From assembly GCA_950097015.1 (NCBI GenBank), contig CATNEN010000033.1, positions 1,860,001 through 1,924,000 of the forward strand: a stretch of DNA of 64,000 nucleotides, written 5' to 3'. Source of the stretch: Macrostomum hystrix (Eukaryota; Animalia; Platyhelminthes). The notes beneath the pieces were generated by a model that saw only the letters and a list, made by a program, of their open reading frames with translations, had not been told where the DNA came from and did no database searches. Position numbers and translations under genes: made by a program. Shown here one piece after another: positions 26,901-37,756 of the stretch (position 1 is its first letter; every line of letters begins with the position of its first letter).

Positions 26901-29900
26901 CATAGAATGATTCTAGCAGTAATGTAATGATTCTAGCAGTCATGGAATGATTCTAGCAGTCATGGAATGTTTCTAGCAGTCATGAAATGATTCTAGCAGT
27001 CATGGAATGATTCTAGCAGGCAGGGAATGATTCTAGCAGGCAGGGAATGATTTTAGCAGGCATGGAATGATTCTAGCAGTCATGGAATGATTCTAGCAGC
27101 CATGGAATGATTCTAGCAGGCATAGAATGATTCTAGCAGTAATGTAATGATTCTAGCAGTCATGGAATGATTCTAGCAGTCATGGAATGATTCTAGCAGT
27201 TATGGAATGTTTCTAGCAGTCATGGAATAATTTTAGCAGTCATGGAATGATTCTAGCAGTCATGGAATGATTCTAGCAGTCATGGATTGATTCTAGCAGG
27301 CAGGGAATGATTCTAGCAGGCAGGGAATGATTCTAGCAGTCATGGAATGATTCTAGCAGGCATAAAATGATTCTAGCAGTCATGGAATGTTTCTAGCAGT
27401 CATGGAATGATTCTAGCAGGTATGGAATGAGTCTAGCAGGCATGGAATGATTCTAGCAGTCATGGAATGATTCTAGCAGGCAGGGAATGATTCTAGCAGG
27501 CAGGGAATGATTCTAGCAGGCAAGGAATGGTTTTAGCAGTCATGGAGTGATTCTAGCAGGCATAAAATGATTTTAGCAGTCATGGAATGATTCTAGCAGT
27601 CATGGAATGTTTCTAGCAGTCATGGAATGATTCTAGCAGTCATGGAATGATTCTAGCAGACAGGGAATGATTCTAGCAGGCATAGAATCATTCTAGCAGT
27701 CATGGACTGATTCTAGCAGCTATGGAATGAGTCTAGCAGGCATGGAATGATTCTAGCAGTCATGGAATGATTATAGCAGTCATGGAATGATTCTAGCAGG
27801 CATGGAATGATTCTAGCAGTAATGTAATGATTCTAGCAGTCATGGAATGACTCTAGCAGTCATGGATTGATTCTAGCAGTCATGGATTGATTCTAGCAGT
27901 CAGGGAATGATTCTAGCAGGCAGGGAATGATTTTAGCAGTCATGGAATGATTCTAGCAGGCATAGAATCATTCTAGCAGTCATGGAATGATTCTAGCAGG
28001 TATAGAATGAGTCTTGCAGGCATGGAATGATTCTAGCAGTAATGTAATGATTCTAGCAGTCATGGATTGATTCTAGCAGGCATAGAATGATTCTAGCAGT
28101 AATGTAATGATTCTAGCAGGCATGGAATGATTCTAGCAGTCATGGAATGATTCTAGCAGTTATGGAATGTTTCTAGCAGTCATGGAATAATTTTAGCAGC
28201 TATGGAATGAGTCTAGCAGGCATGGAATGATTCTAGCAGTCATGGAATGATTATAGCAGTCATGAAATGATTCTAGCAGGCATGGAATGATTCTAGCAGT
28301 AATGTAATGATTCTAGCAGTCATGGAATGACTCTAGCAGTCATGGAATGATTCTAGCAGGTATGGAATGAGTCTAGCAGGCATGGAATGATTCTAGCAGT
28401 CATGGATTGATTCTAGCAGGCATAGAATGATTCTAGCAGTAATGTAATGATTCTAGCAGTCATGGAATGATTCTAGCAGTTATGGAATGATTCTAGCAGT
28501 TATGGAATGTTTCTAGCAGTCATGGAATAATTTTAGCAGCTATGGAATGAGTCTAGCAGGCATGGAATGATTCTAGCAGTCATGGAATGATTATAGCAGT
28601 CATGGAATGATTCTAGCAGGCATGGAATGATTCTAGCAGTAATGTAATGATTCTAGCAGTCATGGAATGACTCTAGCAGTCATGGAATGATTCTAGCAGG
28701 TATGGAATGAGTCTAGCAGGCATGGAATGATTCTAGCAGTCATGGATTGATTCTAGCAGGCATAGAATGATTCTAGCAGTAATGTAATGATTCTAGCAGT
28801 CATGGAATGATTCTAGCAGTCATGGAATGTTTCTAGCAGTCATGAAATGATTCTAGCAGTCATGGAATGATTCTAGCAGGCAGGGAATGATTCTAGCAGG
28901 CAGGGAATGATTTTAGCAGGCATGGAATGATTCTAGCAGTCATGGAATGATTCTAGCAGCCATGGAATGATTCTAGCAGGCATAGAATGATTCTAGCAGT
29001 AATGTAATGATTCTAGCAGTCATGGAATGATTCTAGCAGTCATGGAATGATTCTAGCAGTTATGGAATGTTTCTAGCAGTCATGGAATAATTTTAGCAGT
29101 CATGGAATGATTCTAGCAGTCATGGAATGATTCTAGCAGTCATGGATTGATTCTAGCAGGCAGGGAATGATTCTAGCAGGCAGGGAATGATTCTAGCAGT
29201 CATGGAATGATTCTAGCAGGCATAAAATGATTCTAGCAGTCATGGAATGTTTCTAGCAGTCATGGAATGATTCTAGCAGGTATGGAATGAGTCTAGCAGG
29301 CATGGAATGATTCTAGCAGTCATGGAATGATTCTAGCAGGCAGGGAATGATTCTAGCAGGCAGGGAATGATTCTAGCAGGCAAGGAATGGTTTTAGCAGT
29401 CATGGAATGATTCTAGCAGGCATAAAATGATTCTAGCAGTCATGTAATGATTCTAGCAGGCAGGGAATGATTCTAGCAGTCATGGAATGATTCTAGCAGT
29501 CATGGATTGATTCTAGCAGGCAGGGAATGATTCTAGCAGGCAGGGAATGATTCTGGCAGTCATGGAATGATTCTAGCAGTCATGGATTGATTCTAGCAGG
29601 CAGGGAATGATTCTAGCAGGCAGGGAATGATTCTGGCAGTCATGGAATGATTCTAGCAGGCAGGGAATGATTCTAGCAGGCATGAATTTATTTTTTTGAA
29701 TAATTTAAAAAAGAATGATTTCAAATATTTTTGAAATTTGGAATAATTTCAAACACCTTCGAATCTTAATAAAATGTATAACTAGCCGAATACAGCTTAG
29801 GGAAAGCAGTCATGATTTAGTTTGCTGCTAGAGTCAGCAGCTTAGTTAAAATCACAAGGACTTAGGCGATAAATCTATAGAATGAGCATTAGGCGAATCT

Positions 29901-32900
29901 TGTAGACTTCTATTTAAGAACCGAATCCTCCAGAATCGTAGCACCAAGCAAACTGCTTATGCTTACCATATAGGGCGGACCAGGTCTGATTGATGACATC
30001 CAGGCACACGGTTCCCGAGCTAAATTGCAAAGGTGAGAAATATAGAGTATATCAGGTACACAGCACCAATCTATTTGATTAGGTCAAGTTTTTCAGCTTA
30101 GGAAACTTTTTAACTTACGCTTCATCAATGTTGGGATGAAATATTTTGTTCATGAAGCCTGCAAAATTGCAAAACAAGAGGGAATTATCATTGAGCATAT
30201 GAGAATACATCACATTTGATTAGCCAATGCACCAGGCACAGCCAGTGTGGCCTGTGTGACCAGCTTCCACTCACCAATAGAAGGCGACTTGAATGGATAG
30301 CGGTCTGGCAGGTCCACTCGCACCTTCCACACTCCTCCTTCATATGGAGCTGCAGGGAGGCCACAAGGTTTTATATCTGCATTGCATGTATGACATATGC
30401 TGAGTGACTAATATGGTCAGCAAGTGCATTACTCACAGTCAGCTGGTCCATAGAACTTCACAGTAAACTCATTCAGTCCTCCAAGAATGGTCACCTCGTG
30501 CTTACTTTCAATGCTGATTTGTTAAGTTTGCATTTTTAGGTCAAGGAAATTTATTTATGATTCAAATATTACAATTACCATCTATCTATGTAAGACAATT
30601 ATGTTCAAAGCAGAAATGGTATCCCTCTGAGCAAGGTAGAATTCAGCATAAACTGAGAATAGTAGGCCACTATAATTTGTACTGATGATAAAATTTTCTG
30701 GTTTTTAATGTCTATTCTTAGGGGCTAGGAATATAAACTATACCTGGCAACATGATGTCTGTGCCACATTGTATGTCTTTTAGGTAATACTTTCATGGTC
30801 AAGTATAGCAGAAAGTGTTTATTTGATACTTTACCTCAAGTTGACTTGAGTACTATGTATTTTAGTACAAGTATAAGATTTAGTTAATAACAATGCAAAT
30901 GGATAAGAAAAATAAGAAAACTAAGGAACAATACTATTTTCCCTTCCCAAAAAACTAAATTACAGCATCCAATATAAATAAGAACTATAACTTAACTGAT
31001 AAAGATAATGTCGTGTCGTTTAGAGTGACTCTTATGTTTGTTAGTTTGGAGCGAACACGATAATATATTTGTGCATCAGTCACATCACTTATATAGAACG
31101 CGAGATACAAGTACAACGTGCGATATTATTGAGCGGTGGCCACGTGCCACACAATAGGCATGTACGTTAATAGGTCAGTGAAGAGTTAAAGGACATTGGC
31201 GGCACCGTGCCCGCCCACGCTCAGGCTATCAATGCGCCTGGCCGCGATAGACCGACGGCGCCACATCTCCCCGTCAACGGAGGACCAGACGATCGGGTGG
31301 AACACCTTTGTTGCTGCGCTCACTTCGTCTGGGCACCGAAGTTGCATTTGGCTGAAAGCTGCCAGCCGGGCCGTCCTGCACCTCAGAACCCGGGAGTGCA
31401 GCCACCTCGGAGGCGGAATCTTTTCTTCCGTCGTCCCTCCCAGGCAAGTCACCAACTGGTTGCTCATTGCCGTCAGGTAGTGGGCGGATCTGATCCCGAT
31501 GAGCGAGCACCGGCCGACCATCCTCTCGGGTGACCACGGCGGTGTTGTGCCCAGCCTATACCACGAAACGCGCAGACTCCGTAGGGCTGCTGGCCCGAGC
31601 CTGGTAGATGACAGGCGCATCGACACTGAACGTCAGGGTCAGTGGGCTCCTCAGTTGTCTGCCCATCAGCGCTGACGGACTGCCTCGGCCGTCGCTCCTC
31701 GGAGTCGCCCTGTAGTTCAGCAGCAGCTTGGCCAGATACGCATCAAAAGATCCGCGATGCACCGGAAATGCCACCAGACCCCGTTTGACAGTCTGGACCA
31801 TCCGCTCTGCTAGGCCGTTGGACTCCGGGTGGTACGGTGGTGAGTGTATCTGCGAGCAGCCGATTCTCCGCAGCCAGTCGCGCAGCTCGCCGTCGCAGAA
31901 TTCGGCCGCGTTGTCCGAGACCAGCGTGCATGGGACACCCAGCCTGGAGAAGATGGCCCGCAGAGTGCGCAACGTTGTCTGGGCGCTCCGGTCTGGTACT
32001 CGAACCGCCTCCGGCCAGCCAGAAAACGCGTCCACGACGATCAACAGATAGCCGATACCAGGCACGTGCGCGTGGTCCATGTGCACTCGTTGCCATGCGG
32101 CGCTTTCCGCGGGCCAGGTGTGGGTGGCGCGAGCCGGTGGAGTCCGGATCTCCGTGCATTTTGCGCATTGCTTGACGTAGCGTTCCACATCGTCGCAGTG
32201 TCCGGGCCACCAGGCTTCTCTCTTCAACCGGTTTCGTGTCGCCAGCGCTCCGCTGTGGGAGTCTCCATGCGCCGCTTGAAGGACTCGAGAGCGCAGCCTT
32301 GCCGGAGGCACAATCAGGTCTCCCAGACAGATGATGCCATCTTCCACCGTCAGTTGTTGCCGGACACTCTTGTACGGCCGTTCTGCCGCCGAGCAGTTGC
32401 TCCAGACGTTGTTCTTGATTCGCTGTCGGATGCTCCGTAGCACAGGGTCATCGTCAGTCGCCTGTTGAATTTCATTTCGCTTCAGCACGTCAGTCTCAGT
32501 CCAATGAACGAAGCGACTCACCTCCTCTTTAGGATTTTCGAACGAATCCTCAAACTCCAGTCTGGACATAGCATCGACGTGTGGAATGCAACTGCCACGA
32601 ACATAGACAATGTCGTAGTCGAATGCAGCCAACTGGATAGCCCAGCGCATGATCCTGGCCGATGTCACCTTTGGCAGCTCCTTCGACGGACTGAAGATAA
32701 ACTCGAGCGGCTGATGATCGCAGTTTAGCGTGAACTTGGCTCCCAGCAGAAAGTGCCTCGCTCGCTGTGTCGCCCACACGATGGCCAGAGCCTCCCTCTC
32801 GATGTTGGAATAGTTTTGCTCGGCTGCCGTCAGCCGCCTGGAGAGGTAGAGCACTGGGTGGCCGTCTTGCGTGAGGATGGCTGAGACCGCCTTCTCACTA

Positions 32901-35900
32901 GCGTCCGTAGTCAAAGTCGTGCGCTTCGTCGGGTCGAAGATCCGGATCACCGGATAGGCCGCCAGCGCCCGTTTAAGTTCGTCGAACGCCTTCTGCTGGT
33001 TCGGGCCCCATTTGAACGGTGTCTGGCGGCTCCTTAAGGCAGTCAGCGGCTCGACTCGCTCGGAGTAGGCCTGGATGTAGCGGGCGTAGTAGTTCGTCAG
33101 CCCTAGGAATGACTCCAGTTCCTTCCGACACGTTGGCGCTTTGGTTTGCAGCACTTTCTCCACCAGCTTGGTGTCCGGCCGGATGCCTTCAGCAGAGATT
33201 CGGTATCCCAGAAAGGATATTTCGGTGCTCCTGAAGACGCACTTTTTCTCGTTGATCTCCATCCCTGACTTGCTCAGCTTGGCTAGCAGTTGTTCGACTT
33301 TTGCGTCCAGTTCAGCTGCTGTCCGGGCGCCGATGCAGACATCGTCCTGATAGATCACCAGGTTTGTCACCAGACCGCCGATCGTGGCTTCCATGGCAGC
33401 TTGGAACTGCGCGCTCGCAGTTTTCACGCCGTAAGGCATCCTCGTCCAGCGCAGCAAACCGATCGGGGTGTTGATGGTGAGGATTTCCCTGGCCGACTCG
33501 TCCAGCTCGATCTGGTTGTAGGCGTTCGTCAGGTCAACCGTGGCGAAGTGGGACATCCCTGACAGCTCTGTAAAGGCTGTCTCGATGTTCGGGAGCGGGT
33601 ACGAGTCTGCGCAAATTTGCGGGTTCACACTCACTTTGTAGTCGGCGCAGATCCGCAAGTCGCCGTCCGGTTTCCTCACGATGACGATAGGGGATGCCCA
33701 CTGGCTCCCTCCGGGGCGGACCGTCTCCAGGATTCCGGCATTGATCAGCTTCCTGAGCTTAGCGATGACCAGCGGTTTCAGGTCGGGACAGGTCGAGCCT
33801 CGAAGTAGCTAGGCCGGGCCTGGTCCTTCAGAACGATGCGGGCCCGGAATCCGCGAAGCTTTCCCAGCGTGACTGCCGGTGCTTCCTCGACGTTGTGCAG
33901 GGACACGCCGTCCAGGTCGAACTGCAGCAAGTCGGTGCCCAGCAGACCGTGTGTCTTGTTGCAGGCCGCGACGATGATGTCCACGCAGGCGACCTTGTCT
34001 TCTAGCTCGACAGCCGCTGTGAAGCTGCCGAGGGTTTTGATGGCTGATCCGTCGAACTGCCTGAGTTGCCGGCGGCATTTCCGCAACTTCGGCTCGCCCA
34101 GTTGCTGCCAGAAATTTCTCGGGATGATGCTGGCATCAGAGCCGGAGTCCAGCTGCATCTCCATGCGTTGACCCTCGATCAGCACTGTCTTCAGGCTGCT
34201 GGTCTTCTGCTGATGAGTGCTACTGATGGTGTCGGCCCCGGCTGTTTCCGTGACTTCATGCGCTGCCTTGGTCCCGGATCTGCACACGACCGCGAAATGG
34301 TTTCGCTTGCGGCACTTGTTGCAGGTTTGCCCCAAGCTGGGCAGCGGTCAGGCTGGTGCTGTAGGCCGCAGGCTTTGCAGGCGGTCTTCGGGCCCCCGCG
34401 GTTTTTGTCCACGCTGGCGATGGACGCCGGCTCGATCGTCGCTGGCTCCGGTGCCTTCTGTCTCTCCGCTCCGCTGTATTGCTGGATGAGCTCGAGTTGT
34501 TGGACAAACTCCACGCTGTTTTCGAGCGTCACCTGTTGCTGTGAGCTCTGGATGTGCTCAAGAATTTTGCTGCGATGCTGTGCATTGTGCAGGCCACTGA
34601 CCAGCATTGTCTGGATGAGCTCGTCCTCTGCTGACTGTTTGCTGTCTTCGGCGTTCAGCTTGTCGAACTCGCAGAAGCGGGCGGCATCTCGAAGTCTCTG
34701 GGCGAAATTTTGTGCTGACTCAGTTGCTTCTTGGCGCAGGGACAAAAACCGAGAGCGCTCGGCAATGATCAGCTTCTTCTTTGGGCGAACCTTTTCCAAG
34801 ATCAGCTTTCTGATATCCTCGAAGTTCATCTCCTCCAGCTCTTTTGGTCTCGCCATCACACTTACGACACGAACTGCGCTTACGCCTGCCCTGGCAAGGA
34901 ACAAGTCCGTCACCTGTCTCTCCTCTGCCGTGTCCTTCAATTTCTTATTGCGGCTCATGGCGGCGAAGCTCCTCAACCAGGCCTCCGTCGTTGCAGGGTC
35001 GTCCAGCGGCAGGTCGTCTGCTCGCGATGCCATTGTCGTGTCGTTTAGAGTGACTCTTATGTTTGTTAGTTTGGAGCGAACACGATAATATATTTGTGCA
35101 TCAGTCACATCACTTATATAGAACGCGAGATACAAGTACAACGTGCGATATTATTGAGCGGTGGCCACGTGCCACACAATAGGCATGTACGTTAATAGGT
35201 CAGTGAAGAGTTAAAGGACATTGGCGGCACCGTGCCCGCCCACGCTCAGGCTATCAATGCGCCTGGCCGCGATAGACCGACGGCGCCACAGATAACAATT
35301 TTAAAGCTTACTGATATTTAATAGCAAAAGTATTTTGCTATTTTTAGGCATGCATATTAGTTTATATTATCAAAATTCACCATATGGTTATTTATAAATA
35401 TATATAACATGCCACCCAGAACTAGCAATATGTGAATTAGCTATACCAACCATCAGTAGATAAATTTAATTCACAACCATAGTAAATATTTCCTCCTGTT
35501 TGCATTCAAGGTATATATATAGATCAGACAATAAAATGAAACTAAAAATATTGTAGATACTATCTATTTTAGACTTATAATCAACAGTTTTAATATATTT
35601 ATACGAGTACAATATCTAGGCTTAATTTTCTAGATTTGCATTTAATTTAATGTCATATAAGCCCTAAACTCCAAAAATTGTATGCAAGGTTTTTAAGTAT
35701 AAATATGGTTTCATTTACTTAACTCTAATTTGCTAAAAAACTGGAATATGAGGATAACAGAGGATATTGAAAGAATAATAACTTAAATGAAACTACAAAT
35801 TTGCACTGCTCCATGATGAAATATGAGAAATTCAGAGGCACAGAAGTAGGGTGCAGGAACTTCTTCTGCCAAAAACTTCTACAAATACACTTTAAAAAGT

Positions 35901-37756
35901 TGTGGCTAGTTACAACTATATTAAAAGACAATTTAGTATGGAGAGACAAAATTAAGAATGAAGCTTAAGTTGACATAAAATTTGAATTTCTGCACATTTC
36001 AATTCAGTGCCACTATCCATAGGTATTGTGGTGACTGGGCTGAATGAAAGTGCCTAGTGCACCTGGTGTGAGTGCGCTGCACCCCCCCACACTTGGTTGT
36101 TTATTCTTTATCTCGGCCTGCACCGCGCTGATTGGCTGGGCCATTTCGACCCTGCGCCTCTCCCCCTGTTGTTGTTAACTCGGCCGGCTTACGCCGATTG
36201 ATGTACCCTCCCTCCCCCTAGTTATTTATGCCGTGCACTGTGCTGATTGGCGGGCCATGTTTTTTGGGGGTCTTGGGTCTGCCCTGGCCCCTTGGGGGTG
36301 GGGCTTTAGCCCCGGGCTCTCCTCCCCACCGCGGTGCTATTTATTGTGGAGCGCTGGACCCTGGCCTCTGCCACTGCCGGCCCCCCTCAAGACAACTATG
36401 TACGACACCTAAAATCACGACTGCCTGGCCCCCTTCTACGGGAACGCTGCCCTGCCTGAGTCACACTACTCGACTGACTAACAATATACGGGTTTGACTT
36501 CCGGTCATCCGGCCCTGCCTGCACCGCGTGACTGTTCAAACTTCTGGTTGGTAAGCCTTCGACTCCGTGTTTGTCCTTTACGGGCTAGCTTTAGGCACCT
36601 TAGAGGAAGTGGAGCGTCGTACGCTGATCCCCACCTCAACCAGTGTACGTCGTACGCTCGCTGGAGGCCGTCGTGCGTCATATGCTTGATCTGTCTAGCC
36701 CAACCAACTCTGTGTCGTACGCGGGTTGGTGGGGACGACCCTAGCCAGGTTCAGTACGCGAGCCCGAGTCCGTGGGGTGCCCCTGGGGATTGAGCCCTCG
36801 AGCCCCATCATCACAGTATATTTTAACCATAGACTTCAGGTCAGAGCAATGATATTTGAATATCAATCTAATCTGGCTATACTTTCATTTTCCCACATAT
36901 TTAAGTTTAAATGAATCCCTATTGGAATAAGTTGATAAATCGTGTCTGACCATCTGTCACATTTTTAGACTTTTTGGTGTTGTGTTGCATTGCAGGGCAT
37001 CACCAGGGTGTTACGCCACTCTTAAGTAAAGTTTTTCTTTTTTATAAAGCATAGTTAGTTGGTTAGGTTAATATAGTATTTCGTGTCATTGCACTTTGGA
37101 TCCACATTTTTTATACTGTGTTGCGCGTCCGCAGGTTTTTGACATTTATTCCAATAAGGAAATGAACAGAACCATACTTATGCCAGTTTTTATAACAAAG
37201 GCAATAAAGAAAAGGCAATATACTATTTTGATATTCCACTAAATATAATAGACAATCATCAACTATGACAACAATAGGGCTAATAAAATCTAAAACTAAA
37301 TTATTAACAAATGTTGAAAACAATATTTAATGCAAACATATTACTTATTAGTATTAATTCTCTTAACAATTCCTTCATATCTACAACTTAGGATTTGTCC
37401 TAATTTCATTTAAATTAGCTACTTATATTTAAATATTTATAAATCAACATTAAGCAAATCTCATAAAACATTTGAGCCATAGGCAATTGTAATATAATTT
37501 ACAACCCCCAAATGTATTAATTATTTTGATAGTTTAGTAAAATTTGAAGAAATAACAGATGGCAAAAAATATACTAAACAGAGTTGAACAAGTAACTTAT
37601 GTTTTGCTAAAAATTTGGCCTGGGGCTTAATTGATAGCGAGACCATATTAGTATGATCTATGCCTATTGCGTAAACAATGACATCGTTTTAGTAAAAGGA
37701 TACAGTTTGACAACATCTGTGTCCATTCTCCTTTTTCCAGGGCTGGGAGACGACAT
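14904..37756 (-). CDS. UBE2H: Ubiquitin-conjugating enzyme E2 H, 191 aa, 6 exons
   Basis: Exons: 37756-37704 ([17 protein letters not shown]), 30513-30437 ([26 protein letters not shown]), 30349-30275 ([25 protein letters not shown]), 30158-30119 ([13 protein letters not shown]), 30019-29967 ([18 protein letters not shown], catalytic Cys) and 15181-14904 ([14 protein letters not shown]...AEDMEL*). Total 576 nt, in frame, near-identical to UBE2H. Confidence 0.97.
15221..29684. repeat. 20-bp satellite (tggaatgattctagcagtca), about 720 monomers with higher-order repeats, filling UBE2H intron 5
   Basis: The 20-nt register is kept across 14.5 kb. Rare variants recur at 1860, 1480-1500 and about 3340-3360 nt intervals. 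Confidence 0.99.
31009..31265 (-). repeat. 3' LTR (257 bp)
   Basis: Direct repeat of 35034-35290. Confidence 0.97.
31274..35033 (-). pseudogene. gag-pol polyprotein, interrupted by two frameshifts and one in-frame stop
   Basis: Gag begins MASRADDL and has C-x2-C-x3-H and [14 protein letters not shown] knuckles. Protease LDSGS; RT YQDD; RNase H TDASEKA/EREALA/CDHQPL; integrase H-H-C-C, D(MDH), D(SDN), E(LAERM); C-terminal HRDQIR and [15 protein letters not shown]. Frameshifts near 34326 and 33783, TAG at 31558-31556. Confidence 0.9.
35034..35290 (-). repeat. 5' LTR (257 bp)
   Basis: Direct repeat of 31009-31265, followed on the minus strand by A-TGGCATCGCGAG. Confidence 0.97.
36027..36815. 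mobile_element. Putative solo LTR, 789 bp, unrelated family
   Basis: A GC-rich block in an AT-rich intron. It starts TGTGGTGA and ends TCATCACA (7/8 inverted match) and is flanked by a 4-bp direct repeat GTAT (36023-36026, 36816-36819). Confidence 0.75.

Larger units (their letters stand above)
31009..35290 (-). mobile_element. Full-length Ty3/Gypsy LTR retrotransposon (Mag/SURL-like), 4282 bp
   Basis: Two 257-bp TG...CA LTRs that look identical by eye. 5-bp TSD GATAA at 31004-31008 and 35291-35295. PBS-like TGG 1 nt after the 5' LTR, PPT GGGGAGA at 31272-31266. Domain order is gag-PR-RT-RH-IN. The clade call is inference from the twin Cys-His boxes and overall layout. Confidence 0.97.
30514..37703 (-). 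other. Putative U12-type (minor spliceosome) GT-AG intron 1 of UBE2H
   Basis: The 5' splice site is GTATCCTTTT (37703-37694). The 3' end is caaaCTTAACaaatcag, with a branch-like CTTAAC at 30526-30521 and no polypyrimidine tract. Confidence 0.85.

Noticed and set aside
15221-29684. CRISPR-like array or heat-shock-element array
   Set aside because: There are no unique spacers, only contiguous monomers. GAA-tga-TTC has a 3-nt spacer and TTCtaGCA mismatches the nGAAnnTTCn consensus.
33778-34335. Programmed ribosomal frameshifts in gag-pol
   Set aside because: One break falls between the two zinc knuckles and the other just before RT. Neither has a clear slippery heptamer, so mutation or assembly error is more likely.
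31186-35088. Many plus-strand and alternative-frame ORFs (up to 340 aa) over the retrotransposon
   Set aside because: Shadow ORFs of GC-rich gag-pol with no independent motifs.
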